IMG/VR virus record: IMGVR_UViG_3300037264_006630 | Coordinates: 1-64,000 of that record | Reading direction: 5' to 3' (one strand) | From: a virus | Length of the DNA stretch: 64,000 nucleotides | Part shown: piece after piece, positions 37,968-47,962 of the stretch | Position numbering within the stretch: the stretch's first letter is position 1 | How the letters are laid out: each line of letters begins with the position of its first letter | Made by a program: the position numbers and the translations under genes | Notes under the pieces: model-generated | What the model was told of the DNA's origin: nothing | The model's input: only the letters and a program-made list of their open reading frames with translations | Database searches by the model: none

Positions 37968-38359
37968 CGCTCTCCCCGCCGACCCGCTCTAGCTGGTGGC
38001 GCCGCGGCCTGCGCCGCTTGGCGCAAGGCATCCGCCGTCGCCAGACGCCGCCCGTGCTGGGCCGGCTGCGGGCGCCCGAGCTCGTCATCCATCACGAGCG
38101 CGCGGACGACATCCGGGCCTGGGCCGCGCGCTACCTGCCGTGCTCCTTCACTGCGACCGACGGCTTCGTGCATGTCGTCACCCGCATCACGGTCACCGGC
38201 GACGCTACCGGCATCCGGGTCCGGCTCGACTTCGGCCGCTCGTGGTGGACCAACGCCGAAGACGAGCGCCTTGCGTGGAGCCTGGCGCAGCGGACGGCAC
38301 TGGCCATCGCGACGTGGATCGGGGCCTCCACCCTGTGGCAGTCGGAAGGGCAAGCCTGA
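37964..38359 (+). CDS. Hypothetical protein
   Basis: Overlap-coupled. Confidence 0.6.
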   Translation: MTLSPPTRSSWWRRGLRRLAQGIRRRQTPPVLGRLRAPELVIHHERADDIRAWAARYLPCSFTATDGFVHVVTRITVTGDATGIRVRLDFGRSWWTNAEDERLAWSLAQRTALAIATWIGASTLWQSEGQA

Positions 38360-38745
38360 TGGCGACCCGCACCAAGCGCCTGCGGCTGCTCGGCGAGGCC
38401 CTCGCCTCGATCCCCGAGGTCGAGTGCAAGGGTTTGTGCTGGGAGTCGTGCGGGCCGGTCCCGCTCTCGGGCGTCGAGGTGATGGCGATCGAGCAGTCGA
38501 CCGGCGCGTCCGCGGATCTCGATCCCGAGGGCCTGCCGGGAGCGAACCTGCTGGCGACCGGGGATGACCTCCGGTGCCGGTACCTGTCGGCCGACCACCG
38601 CTGCACGGTCTACGCGGTGAGGCCGCTCATCTGCCGGGTGTTCGGCGTCGCAGCCAAGCTGCCATGCCCGCACGGCTGCGTGCCCAAGGAGCCGATGCCG
38701 GAGCCAAATGTTCGCGCCTTGATCGATCGAGTTCGGAGGATCTGA
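38359..38745 (+). CDS. YkgJ/UPF0153-like Cys-cluster protein
   Basis: CKGLCWESCG...CRYL...CTVYAVRPLICR. Confidence 0.8.
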   Translation: MATRTKRLRLLGEALASIPEVECKGLCWESCGPVPLSGVEVMAIEQSTGASADLDPEGLPGANLLATGDDLRCRYLSADHRCTVYAVRPLICRVFGVAAKLPCPHGCVPKEPMPEPNVRALIDRVRRI

Positions 38746-40121
38746 TGCCCGTCATGAAGTTCGAGCGCCGCCAGTACGCCGAGAAGGCAATTACCTACCT
38801 GCGGGCGGCACTCGCCAAGCACAAGCGAGTGATCGCTGTCTCCCCGACCGGATCAGGCAAGACCGTGATCGTGTCGCAACTCGTGAAGCGCGAGACGCGC
38901 TGGCGTCGTGTGCTGTTCCTCGCCCACCGCTACGAGCTCGTCGATCAGGCGTATCGCACGCTGACCGCGCTCGGCCTGGACGTGGGCGTGATGATGGCGT
39001 CGGACCAGGAGCTCCACGGCAACGAGCGCGTCAACCCGAAGGCACGGGTCCAGGTGGGCAGCGTCCAGACGATCGCCGCCCGTGGCGTCCCGCCCGGTGT
39101 CGACCTAATCGTGTTCGACGAAGCCCACCGGACGATGGCCGATAGCTACCAGAGCATCGCCGACGCCTGTCCGAAGGCGCAGATCCTCGGAGTGACGGCG
39201 ACGCCATGCCGTCTGGACGGCAAGGGGCTGGGCGACTTCTACCGGGACATGTACGTCATCGCGAGGCCAAGCAAGCTCTACGAGGACGGCTACCTCGCCA
39301 AGCCACGAACGTACTCGGCGCCACCGGACGTGCTCGCCAGGCTTGCCAGCGAGTTGAAGGGCGCCAGGTCGCAGGCCGGTGACTTCGCGCCCAAGAGCTT
39401 GTCCGATGCCGTCGACAAGAAGTACCTCATCGGCCGTGTCGTCGAGGAGACATTGCGCCTAGCGCCTGGCGTTCCGAAGGTGGTGTTCGCCTGCAACGTG
39501 GCGCACTCGAAGCACCTGGCCCGTTCCTTCAAGCGCGCCGGTGTCGTTGCTGCGCACGTTGACGGAGCGACGCCAGCCGAGGAGCGTTCCGCTCTCCTCA
39601 CGGCGCTGCGGGAGCGGGATGTTGAGGTGGTCTGCAACGTGGACGTGCTCAGTGAGGGCTGGGATCTCCCAGCCCTTGGCGCCGTGGTTGTCGCGCGGCC
39701 GACCAAGAGCCTCGCCCGCTTTCTCCAGATGGTCGGCCGCGTCCAGCGCACCTTCCACGGGAAGAAGCCGATCATCATCGACCACGGTGCCAACGTGCAA
39801 CGTCTCGACTGTCTACCGGGCGAAGACCTCGACTGGTCGCTCGATGCCGGGGTGGACCGGGCCGACGGCGAGGGACAGTGGTCTCGGGTGAAGGTGTGCA
39901 AGCAGTGCCAGTCCTGCATCCCAGAGGGGTGTCGGATCTGCCCGGACTGCGATAGCGCGCAGCCCAAGACGGCACGCGAGGAACGCGAAGAAGTGGAGGC
40001 GCAACTGGTGGAAGTCACAGCAACGCGCATGGCCGAACGCCGCGCGCGTGTGGAGGCGCTGGCGAAGCAGAAGAACGCTCCTCCTGGCTGGGTAGACAAA
40101 GTGATAGCGGCGTTTCGGTGA
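38745..40121 (+). CDS. SF2 DEAD/DEAH helicase (RadD/YejH-like) with C-terminal Zn finger
   Basis: SPTGSGKT, DEAH, TATP, LSEGWD, QMVGR, CKQC..CPDC. Confidence 0.92.
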   Translation: MPVMKFERRQYAEKAITYLRAALAKHKRVIAVSPTGSGKTVIVSQLVKRETRWRRVLFLAHRYELVDQAYRTLTALGLDVGVMMASDQELHGNERVNPKARVQVGSVQTIAARGVPPGVDLIVFDEAHRTMADSYQSIADACPKAQILGVTATPCRLDGKGLGDFYRDMYVIARPSKLYEDGYLAKPRTYSAPPDVLARLASELKGARSQAGDFAPKSLSDAVDKKYLIGRVVEETLRLAPGVPKVVFACNVAHSKHLARSFKRAGVVAAHVDGATPAEERSALLTALRERDVEVVCNVDVLSEGWDLPALGAVVVARPTKSLARFLQMVGRVQRTFHGKKPIIIDHGANVQRLDCLPGEDLDWSLDAGVDRADGEGQWSRVKVCKQCQSCIPEGCRICPDCDSAQPKTAREEREEVEAQLVEVTATRMAERRARVEALAKQKNAPPGWVDKVIAAFR

Positions 40122-40125
40122 ATTG

Positions 40126-40521
40126 ATGGGCCGTCGACGTGAACCAAAGCCGTGCCTTTACTGCAAGTTGCTGTTCTGGCCAAAGAAACCAAACAACTGG
40201 TACGGGTTCGGCGCCAAGAAGTATTGCGGTTCCGAGTGCGCCATCGCTGCGCAGAAACAACGATTCGTTCCAATGGAAAAGAAGTGTCGAGGATGCGACA
40301 CCATTCTGGTGAGGACCCCACTCCAGGGAGAGGCATCATTTGGATATCGCAAGTATTGCTCTGTCGCATGTTCAGTCGCCAAGCAGCGGCGTGAGTTCTA
40401 CGAGACTGGCGGGTTCGTCTTGTTCGGTATCAGGTGTTCGGTAAAGGAGTTGGCGCTGGCCATCGGGGTGTCAGGCAACAAGGTGCGCACGGTGTGCGCT
40501 GCGATCGGATGTCCGCAGTGA
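40126..40521 (+). CDS. Protein with two treble-clef Zn-finger repeats and HTH-like tail
   Basis: CxxC...YCxxxC twice; FVLFG...ELALAIGVS. Confidence 0.65.
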   Translation: MGRRREPKPCLYCKLLFWPKKPNNWYGFGAKKYCGSECAIAAQKQRFVPMEKKCRGCDTILVRTPLQGEASFGYRKYCSVACSVAKQRREFYETGGFVLFGIRCSVKELALAIGVSGNKVRTVCAAIGCPQ

Positions 40522-41252
40522 AGACGAGGGATTGCCAGTATTGCGGCGATCTGGTCGTCGGACCCAATCGGAGTCGAGCCACCTACTGCAACAAGCGGTG
40601 CGCCGACCTCGCCAGGACCACCAAGGTCCGTGCTGGTCGCCGTTGCGGTACGTGCAAGAAGCTACTCGTGGCCAGACCTCGCGAGTTGACGTGCCGATTC
40701 GCGGTCCGCCGGTTCTGCGACAAGCACTGCCAGGGCCTTGCGGCTCGCAAGCACAAGATGACGCCAAAGAAGTGCCGGCAGTGCTCGAGGTGGATCAAGC
40801 CGCGGCCCGGCGGTTCCACCACCGAGTACGCCAAGCGCCGCTTCTGCGGCAAGCGATGCGCTGGCGACGCGCTAAAGATGGAGCTGCCCGTCTCCAAGCA
40901 GTGCCACCACTGCAAGGCAAAGATGAAGCGTCGAGTCGGCGAGCGGTCCGCGGGATGGGCGCGTCGCGTGTTCTGCGACGCCGACTGCTCCGGTGCGTCC
41001 CGCTCTGCATCAGCAGGGATGCCGGTGAGCAAGGTCTGTGCGGCTCCTGCCTGCGCAGCGACGATGACTCGCCGGCCGAACGAGGTGTCCCACCAATGGC
41101 GCAAGCGTCGTTTCTGCAACACCAAGTGCGCGGGATGGAACCATCAGATGCGCCTGTTCGGCGTGGTGGTCCCGCGTGATGAACTGGCCGAGGCGCTCGG
41201 GATAACGCCGACTGCGGCGACGTACCACGCCAGAAAGGCAGGTGGCCTGTGA
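40509..41252 (+). CDS. Protein with five treble-clef (FCS/MYM-like) Zn-finger repeats and HTH-like tail
   Basis: CxxC...RRFCxxxC x5; MRLFG...ELAEALGIT. Confidence 0.75.
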   Translation: MSAVKTRDCQYCGDLVVGPNRSRATYCNKRCADLARTTKVRAGRRCGTCKKLLVARPRELTCRFAVRRFCDKHCQGLAARKHKMTPKKCRQCSRWIKPRPGGSTTEYAKRRFCGKRCAGDALKMELPVSKQCHHCKAKMKRRVGERSAGWARRVFCDADCSGASRSASAGMPVSKVCAAPACAATMTRRPNEVSHQWRKRRFCNTKCAGWNHQMRLFGVVVPRDELAEALGITPTAATYHARKAGGL

Positions 41253-41806
41253 AGCTGCGCGCCGTCCACCAGCGCGGGATCAAGGGGAAGCCGGCCTGCG
41301 GCTACCACCGTTGGAGCTCGCAGACCTTCACGACCACCGACAACCCCGAGAAGGTAACCTGTCGGCGGAAGGGCTGCGTCACCCTCAAACCGCAGGAGTC
41401 GTTGGCCGAGGTCGACCGCGGCGGCTCCACCTTTGTGACCCTTCCGGCCGAGGTGGAGATCGAGACCTGGCCGTCGCTCGCCGGGAGCGGCGTCCGCGGC
41501 GGCTGGGTGTCGAAGGTGACCATCCGAACCAAGAACGTGGAGACCGGACACGACACGTACATCGGCTGCGAGTGGCCGCGCGCCACCAAACCCACCCCGG
41601 CCGAGCTCGCCGCGCAGGTGACCGCCGTGCTCGCGCACAAGGTCGCCGAGCAGCTCGGCCTCAACCCTCACGCCGTGAAGGCACCAGATGTTCAAGACGG
41701 ACGACCTACCGGGCAGGCTACGGCGGTTCCGCCGCCACGTCGCCGACCGCATGCACGACCGGTGGAACAGCCGAGAGAAGAGCCGCCGGCTGCACCTGGA
41801 GTTTGA
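41249..41806 (+). CDS. Hypothetical protein, 3' end uncertain
   Basis: Overlaps the next ORF by ~120 nt. Confidence 0.55.
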   Translation: MKLRAVHQRGIKGKPACGYHRWSSQTFTTTDNPEKVTCRRKGCVTLKPQESLAEVDRGGSTFVTLPAEVEIETWPSLAGSGVRGGWVSKVTIRTKNVETGHDTYIGCEWPRATKPTPAELAAQVTAVLAHKVAEQLGLNPHAVKAPDVQDGRPTGQATAVPPPRRRPHARPVEQPREEPPAAPGV

Positions 41807-42068
41807 GGCGGTCGAAGTCGCGATCCGCTGCCTCGACTCCCTGGCCCTGCCGCCCGTTCAGATCCTCCAGACGGCGGCCCGCGTCCTGCGGCGCAAGGCC
41901 GACTTCTTCCGCGACGAGTCCCGCTTCGAGGCCGTCGAGGCGACCGACGAGGAGCGTTCGATCGACTACGCGATCTGCGACATGTTCTACCTCGCCGAGG
42001 AGGTGATCCTCGAGAAGTTGAGCGAGATCGCCGCACCCCATCACACCGAGAAAGCACCGCCCCCATGA
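41688..42068 (+). CDS. Hypothetical protein
   Basis: High GC3. Confidence 0.7.
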   Translation: MFKTDDLPGRLRRFRRHVADRMHDRWNSREKSRRLHLEFEAVEVAIRCLDSLALPPVQILQTAARVLRRKADFFRDESRFEAVEATDEERSIDYAICDMFYLAEEVILEKLSEIAAPHHTEKAPPP

Positions 42069-42772
42069 GCACCGCCCAAGACCACGACGAGCCCGCGTTC
42101 CCGCCGCCCACGCCGCGTTGTCCGGACCCCGCGCCCCGCCACCTCGAGCTCGTCGGCTTCTGTCCGATGTGCTTCGCCAGCACCGACGACGCGTCGGGCG
42201 GCGGCGAGGTGATGACCGACGGCTGCACCAACTGCGGCGCGATGGGTGAGATCCCCATGCTGCGACGCGGCGATGTCGAGTGCATCCGCCGGTCGGCGTC
42301 CTGGGTTGGCCGGCGCCACTACCCGCAGGACGAGGACAAGGAGATCTTGGCCGAACGGCGCGCGCTCCTGTCGATGGTCACCGGGTTCCCGGGGCGGACC
42401 GCCGAGCCCGCAACGAACGGCGCGGACAAGCGCTGGCTGGTGCGGCAACAGATCAGCCCGACCAAGGCGATCTCGATCACGGTATCCGGCGTCACCACGG
42501 CGGCCAACGCGATCGCGGCCACGCGCTACTCGGTGCTGCCCTACGTCCCGGCGGCGATGCTCGAGCCCGACAACCCCACGGCGCCGGAGTTGATGAGCAC
42601 GGACGACCTGATGGGCGAAGTCGCCCGGCTCGTGGCGGCCAACGTCGCGGGCAAGGCCATCGACCAGGAGCGCTTCAAGGCCGTCATGGACGAGTCGGCG
42701 CGTCGCGGGATCAAGTGGGCCGTGGTGAAGGCGGGCGACAAGGCGCCGCCGCCGTCCGGTCCCGCGAACTGA
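42065..42772 (+). CDS. Hypothetical protein with Zn ribbon
   Basis: CPMC...CTNCG. Confidence 0.7.
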   Translation: MSTAQDHDEPAFPPPTPRCPDPAPRHLELVGFCPMCFASTDDASGGGEVMTDGCTNCGAMGEIPMLRRGDVECIRRSASWVGRRHYPQDEDKEILAERRALLSMVTGFPGRTAEPATNGADKRWLVRQQISPTKAISITVSGVTTAANAIAATRYSVLPYVPAAMLEPDNPTAPELMSTDDLMGEVARLVAANVAGKAIDQERFKAVMDESARRGIKWAVVKAGDKAPPPSGPAN

Positions 42773-42776
42773 CCCC

Positions 42777-42821
42777 TTGACGCTGTAGCAGCTTCGTGCG
42801 CATATGCGAGCGCATGAACGC
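42777..42821 (+). promoter_or_regulatory. Promoter/operator (site 9)
   Basis: TTGACG...TTCGTGCG-N10-CGCATGAA. Confidence 0.8.
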
Positions 42822-43668
42822 CGCGCGGTCCTGGGAGCCGTTGACCATCGTCAGCGGCGTCGAGCAGAAGGTGGACGCCACACCGCTGCGCTGGGACGCG
42901 CCCAAGCAGGTGACCGTCATCAGCGATCCGCCGGCGGGCTGCCACTGGAGCGACCTCGGGCTGGCTGCGATGTGGGGCGTGATGGCGCTCTGCCGCGACC
43001 ACACCTTCCAGATCGTCACCCGCGACATGACCCGGGCGTTGGCCTGGTGGCGCGACTACATGCAGTCGAGCCCGCGTGAGCGCCTGCTCCACGCCCTACA
43101 GCACGGCACGGAGCCCGTGGACACCGGCGAGCACCTGTTCCATTGGACCGACGACCGCTGGCCCCTGCCCAACGTCTGGGTGACCGTCGAGGTGTCGACC
43201 CAGGCGGATGTCACCGCGCAGTGCCACATGCTCGCCGCCTTCCCGGCGTCCGTCCGCGGCCTGCGCCTGACGGCGATGGAGAGCCAACTCGACATCGAGA
43301 ACCTGCTCTACGTGCCGGTCCGCTGCGACGACTGCGGCCACACCGAGGCGTTTTACGACACCAACCCGGACGGACTCCCGGCCATCAAGAACCGCGACGG
43401 CACCGACCTGACCTGCCTCATGGGCGTCCCGGTGACCGGCGAGCCCGGTGACACCCGCTGTCGCCGGTGCAAGAGCCGCTTGGTCGCCGAGTTGGCGCCG
43501 ATAGACTGGATCATCGCCAACTACGACGGCGCCAACCACGAGTGGCTGCGTCACCTCCGTGACCAAGCGGCAGAGGCGCGGGTTCCGTTCCGGTTGACCA
43601 GCTCGCAGGTGTCGACCCCGCGACTGGACGGCGAGCTCCACGACGGTCGCCCTGGAGATCACGCGTGA
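42814..43668 (+). CDS. Divergent DUF5131 (Gp37/Gp68)-like protein lacking the N-terminal Cys motif
   Basis: WGVMA...HTFQIVTR; WPLPNVWV; IDWII...WLRHLRDQAAEARVPF. Confidence 0.75.
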   Translation: MNAARSWEPLTIVSGVEQKVDATPLRWDAPKQVTVISDPPAGCHWSDLGLAAMWGVMALCRDHTFQIVTRDMTRALAWWRDYMQSSPRERLLHALQHGTEPVDTGEHLFHWTDDRWPLPNVWVTVEVSTQADVTAQCHMLAAFPASVRGLRLTAMESQLDIENLLYVPVRCDDCGHTEAFYDTNPDGLPAIKNRDGTDLTCLMGVPVTGEPGDTRCRRCKSRLVAELAPIDWIIANYDGANHEWLRHLRDQAAEARVPFRLTSSQVSTPRLDGELHDGRPGDHA

Positions 43669-43829
43669 TCCGCCGCAACCTGCACCACGTCTGCACCGCC
43701 TGCGCAGTCGCCCTCCTGCCAGCGACGGCCGCCAAGGTCGCCTGGCTGGCCGCCGCCCTGGTCCTGGTCGGCGTCACCGTGGGCGTCCTGGGCGTGGTGC
43801 TCAACCCGCAGTCATCGCCGCATCGATGA
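43665..43829 (+). CDS. Small membrane protein
   Basis: Hydrophobic; overlaps at both ends. Confidence 0.55.
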   Translation: MIRRNLHHVCTACAVALLPATAAKVAWLAAALVLVGVTVGVLGVVLNPQSSPHR

Positions 43830-44206
43830 CCCCGTCCGTGGGCGCGGTCCATGCGGTGCTGGCGCCGCTGGCCAAGATGACGATCTGTGGCGAGAAACCT
43901 CCGCGTGGTCTTGTCGTCGACCGGGACGACAAGGTGGCGCGGTTCCTGACGAGCATCGCGCGATGCGAGCGATGCCGATCCGGGCTGCACGCGCACCGCG
44001 CTCGCGTCAAGGCTGCGCATGAGAGCAACGAACGCAAGCTGGCCGCGGCGAGAGCGGCTCAACAGGCCGCCGCCGCACCGCCGATCTCTACTGGCCGCGA
44101 CGCCAGACGCGCCGAACAGGCGAAGGCCGCGCGGGAACGATCGGCTGCTCTGTACGCCGCGCGGACGCGGGCGCTCGTGTACCAGCCTCCGAAGAGAAGT
44201 CCATGA
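43826..44206 (+). CDS. Hypothetical protein
   Basis: Overlap-coupled. Confidence 0.6.
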   Translation: MTPSVGAVHAVLAPLAKMTICGEKPPRGLVVDRDDKVARFLTSIARCERCRSGLHAHRARVKAAHESNERKLAAARAAQQAAAAPPISTGRDARRAEQAKAARERSAALYAARTRALVYQPPKRSP

Positions 44207-44796
44207 CCCCTCCATCCCACATCATCGAGGCCGCCGTCCGCGCGGCGCGTCAGTCTCCCTGCGCCAAGAGCCAGCGGGGCGTGGTCGTCTACTCCCGGTC
44301 GAGCGGCATCGACATCGCCTCGGGATTCAACGGGCCGCCGGGCCGCGGCGTCTGCGCCAGGGACGACGCCTGCCGGGAAGCCTGCGGCAAGATCTGCGTT
44401 CACGCCGAGATGAGGGCGCTCCGCGCGGCGCGCGACATCCTCAAGCGGCCCGAGTTCAACGTCCTCTACATGGCCGAGTGCGATGCTGTCCACGTCAAGA
44501 TCGGCGGCGGGCCGGTGCGTGGCCTGGTCGACGGCGGCGGGCCCTCGTGCTGGCAGTGCTCGCGCGAGGTGGTAGACGTGGGGCTGGGCGGCTTCTGGCT
44601 GTACGAGACGGCACGCTGCGTCTGTCCGGCTGCCTGCGGCTCGCATCGTCACCCGGGCGAGGACGGCTGCACCTGTTCGATGCACGGCACCGGCGAGGGC
44701 GGCGCGCTCGCGCTGGGCCGGTGGCGCCGATACAACGGGATCGAGTTCCACGCCGCTACCCTCTTGGCCTGCGGCTTGCCGCCGCTGGTGGGCTGA
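44203..44796 (+). CDS. dCMP/cytidine-deaminase-family protein
   Basis: SPCAK..RG, GFNGPP, CVHAE, PSCWQC. Confidence 0.85.
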   Translation: MTPPSHIIEAAVRAARQSPCAKSQRGVVVYSRSSGIDIASGFNGPPGRGVCARDDACREACGKICVHAEMRALRAARDILKRPEFNVLYMAECDAVHVKIGGGPVRGLVDGGGPSCWQCSREVVDVGLGGFWLYETARCVCPAACGSHRHPGEDGCTCSMHGTGEGGALALGRWRRYNGIEFHAATLLACGLPPLVG

Positions 44797-44996
44797 TGGA
44801 GTTCGAGGCCACGCTGGCAACGCCCGTGCCCCGCCCGACCTGCGCCCGCTGCAAGCGCCCGGTCGATCGGTTCGCTGTCACGGTGGAATCGGCGTCGGTT
44901 AAGTTTGAGGCCGAGTGCCACGGCGCCTACGAGATGAACCGCATCTTCGAGCGCGATCAGGTCACCGGGATCCGGATGACCGAGGCGTTTCGATGA
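44796..44996 (+). CDS. Small hypothetical protein
   Basis: CARC...CHG. Confidence 0.6.
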   Translation: MEFEATLATPVPRPTCARCKRPVDRFAVTVESASVKFEAECHGAYEMNRIFERDQVTGIRMTEAFR

Positions 44997-45009
44997 TCAG
45001 GAGACCTGC

Positions 45010-45213
45010 ATGCTGACCACCGCCATCCTCGCCCTCGTCATCCTCTCCGCCGTCATGACCGGCCCGCCCGAGCCGGTGAAGGTCTACCGCAAGGAGGGCG
45101 ACTCGATCCCCACCGAGCTCAAGACCCCGGTGGTCCGCACCGTCTGCTGGGGCGCGTGCATCCTCGTCCCGTCCTTCGTGATCCTCGTGCTCGAGAAGGG
45201 CTGGCCGCAGTGA
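45010..45213 (+). CDS. Small membrane protein
   Basis: Two hydrophobic stretches; SD AGGAG. Confidence 0.65.
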   Translation: MLTTAILALVILSAVMTGPPEPVKVYRKEGDSIPTELKTPVVRTVCWGACILVPSFVILVLEKGWPQ

Positions 45214-46022
45214 GCGAGGTCGACGACCTGTCGGCCGAGATCGCTGCGCTCGCCTCGACGCGTGCTCGCTATGTCGGCATCATCACCGAAACCCAGGCTG
45301 AGTTGACCGCGCTCGAGGCGATGGACCTCGACGATGCCGACTACTACGCGAAACGGACCGAGTACGCCCGGACCATCGCCGGGCACCAAGCCGAGGTCGC
45401 CCGCATCAACGCGCAGCTCAAGGCGGCGAACATCGCGCGCGCCGACCGCCAGGTCGCCGACGCCGAGACGAAGCGGATCGAGCGGGCCGCACGCGCGGCC
45501 GAGAACGCGATCCCGAAGCGGCGGAAGCCGCATCTCGCGGTGCTGCCTCCGGTTCAGATCACGCAGGCGCCGCTGACCGTGCCGCTCGGCGAGCTGGCCG
45601 GCATCGCCAGGACGAAGCGCAAGGGGCCCTCCGATCTGGGTGCGGTGATCCTCCGCTTCGCTTACGGGCTGCGTCACGTCACCGGCATCCCGAGCAAGCC
45701 CGGCTCCTACTTGACAGCCTTCCTGGCCGAGCTCGACGCCTTCATCGCGAAGCACAAGGCCCACCTCCAGACACGCAACGAGCCGCCGGGGCCGGCACCA
45801 GCGATCGATGCGGGCTCGGTCATTCTGGAGGTCGATGCAGACGTGGTCATCCTGGAGAACGGAGTCCGGGTCGACGCCGAGGAGATGCGGCGCGCGTTCC
45901 AGGAGCGGACCGGCCTCTCCGTGGTGGATTGGCTGGTCGAGTGGCGAGCTGGCCGCCTCGCCACCAACGGCTCGACGATCACACTGTCGTACGAGGCGGC
46001 GCTCCTGGAGAAGCGGCCGTGA
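45210..46022 (+). CDS. Coiled-coil hypothetical protein
   Basis: GTGA overlaps. Confidence 0.7.
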   Translation: MSEVDDLSAEIAALASTRARYVGIITETQAELTALEAMDLDDADYYAKRTEYARTIAGHQAEVARINAQLKAANIARADRQVADAETKRIERAARAAENAIPKRRKPHLAVLPPVQITQAPLTVPLGELAGIARTKRKGPSDLGAVILRFAYGLRHVTGIPSKPGSYLTAFLAELDAFIAKHKAHLQTRNEPPGPAPAIDAGSVILEVDADVVILENGVRVDAEEMRRAFQERTGLSVVDWLVEWRAGRLATNGSTITLSYEAALLEKRP

Positions 46023-46492
46023 GCGACCACGGCTGCAAGAGCGAGTGGCCGCGCGGCTGCGCGCCGCACGGGGCGCACTTCGCGGACCGGCACCAGACCG
46101 TGATCTCCGACGAGGAGATGCGACTCGGGCGCCAGAGCATCTACCGGGAACCTAAGGACAACTGGCCCTCGTTCGTCATGTGGATGCACCACCACGCCGA
46201 CGGGACCTGGAGCCTCGCTAGGTGCGACGTCGATGGAGGCGAAGAGGACGATGGCTGGATGGTCAGTGGACGCATCGAATCGAACCATGAGCACAATCCG
46301 ACCACCGGGGACTACGACGAGTTTCACCGCCTGACCGTGCTGTACAGGGCCGATGTGGTTCCTGACCCAGACGACGATCTGCTAGCCAGCAAGCTGGTTG
46401 CCCGCGAACAACTCTGGCCCTACATCCCGCCTGAGGTCGACGTGGAAGCGATGCTCGCGGTTCTGCAAGGTCTGGTCACCAAGGAGTCCTGA
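46019..46492 (+). CDS. Hypothetical protein
   Basis: Overlap-coupled. Confidence 0.65.
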   Translation: MSDHGCKSEWPRGCAPHGAHFADRHQTVISDEEMRLGRQSIYREPKDNWPSFVMWMHHHADGTWSLARCDVDGGEEDDGWMVSGRIESNHEHNPTTGDYDEFHRLTVLYRADVVPDPDDDLLASKLVAREQLWPYIPPEVDVEAMLAVLQGLVTKES

Positions 46493-46800
46493 TGCAGCCG
46501 CTCGATCTCACCGACAACCAGAAGGCCGCGCTCATGGCGCTGGTCGAACACCGGGCGCTGGTGCGCAGCTCAGGTGGGCGCTGGGCGCCGCCGGGCATCA
46601 CGTCGCCGTCCTTCGGGACCAAGGTCATCTCCGCGCTCATGGAGATGGGTCTCGTAGTGAAGCAGCGCGGTCTCCGCGAGGAGCAGAGCTACCCGGAGGG
46701 CCAGCGCTTCACGCCGGTCTGCCTGGCCGATCACCTCAACCACACCACCCCGGCCGAGCGAGCGCTGGCGGTGGAGAAGCACATCAAGGGAGTTCCGTGA
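46492..46800 (+). CDS. Hypothetical protein, wHTH-like
   Basis: LTDNQKAAL...TKVISALMEMGLV. Confidence 0.65.
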   Translation: MQPLDLTDNQKAALMALVEHRALVRSSGGRWAPPGITSPSFGTKVISALMEMGLVVKQRGLREEQSYPEGQRFTPVCLADHLNHTTPAERALAVEKHIKGVP

Positions 46801-47471
46801 CCAAGCCGCACTCATCGCCCGGCGAAGCCGCCGACCCGCCCGCCGTAGTCGCGTGGGCTCGATGGGCCGAGGGCAACCTTGACCATCGCGAGGGCGCCTA
46901 CGACGACGTGCCGGGCGTGGGGCCTGAGCCGCCCGACGTGCGGGCGCTGATCGAGGCGTACGGGCGCGAGTGCCACCGGCTCGGCGAGATGCACCCGCAG
47001 ACCCGCGAGCGCGGCGAGAAGCGCGTGACCGCCGCGAAGGACGCGCTACTCCGCGCCCTCGAGATCGACGGGGCGGCCCCAGCGTCCGTCGGCCGCGACG
47101 GCGAGGGCAACCCGCTGCACATCCAGTTCGTCCACGAGACGCGCAACGTGATGGTCCCGGCGCGGCACCACGTCGATCGACTGCTCGAGGGCAACGTGAC
47201 CCCTGCGCAGCGCGACCGCCTGCTGGCGATCCGCCGGGCGGTTGTCCGCATGCTCGCGGCGGCGGAAGACGTGGCCAGCGGCGCCAGCGCCATCACCGAT
47301 CGGTCAGCGACCGACGCCCATGTCGAGCCGCTGTGTACCGGCCTCACCGCGCGCTGGTGTCCGCGCTGCGGGACCTGCGCCTGCCAGCCGGACCCGGCCG
47401 AGATGAGCAGTCCGCTGTGCCCGCTGCACGCGGCGACCAGCCAGCATGCCGAGGCTGGGGTGGCGCCATGA
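46797..47471 (+). CDS. Hypothetical protein
   Basis: C-terminal CTG..A.WCPRCGTC.C...CPLH motif. Confidence 0.65.
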   Translation: MTKPHSSPGEAADPPAVVAWARWAEGNLDHREGAYDDVPGVGPEPPDVRALIEAYGRECHRLGEMHPQTRERGEKRVTAAKDALLRALEIDGAAPASVGRDGEGNPLHIQFVHETRNVMVPARHHVDRLLEGNVTPAQRDRLLAIRRAVVRMLAAAEDVASGASAITDRSATDAHVEPLCTGLTARWCPRCGTCACQPDPAEMSSPLCPLHAATSQHAEAGVAP

Positions 47472-47962
47472 CTTCCCGGCTGATCCACACGGGAGATCTG
47501 ACCTACACGGGCGAGATCGGGTCCATGACCGAGACGCGCTGGATCGGTGCAAGCGACCCCGTTCCGCCCGAGATCGACTTCGACGATCTGATGGGGTTCG
47601 GCCCCGACGCCAAGGCGATGATCGCCAAGCGGCCCGGCTGGTACACGTCGACCGGCCACGACTACCGCCTGTGGGGCCCGCCCACCGCGCGCCGGTTGCG
47701 CACCCTATCGCGCAAGACGATCAAGCGGAAGATGCGGCGTGCCCACCGTCAGGGCCGGCACATCCACGCCTGCGACCTGGCGCACGAGGACACCAGCCGT
47801 CCGCGTGCGGACGCCGCGGCGGATCGCCGCCGAGGGCAAGCGCTGGCTCGCCAGGACCGCCGCCGCAAGCGGCGCATCCGTGCGTGGGTCCGCCGGGTCG
47901 GCCCGATCTCCGCGGTGCGGATGGAGTGGTGCCCGGACGACATCAAGCACATGTCCACCTGA
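47468..47962 (+). CDS. Basic hypothetical protein
   Basis: Overlap-coupled. Confidence 0.6.
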   Translation: MTSRLIHTGDLTYTGEIGSMTETRWIGASDPVPPEIDFDDLMGFGPDAKAMIAKRPGWYTSTGHDYRLWGPPTARRLRTLSRKTIKRKMRRAHRQGRHIHACDLAHEDTSRPRADAAADRRRGQALARQDRRRKRRIRAWVRRVGPISAVRMEWCPDDIKHMST

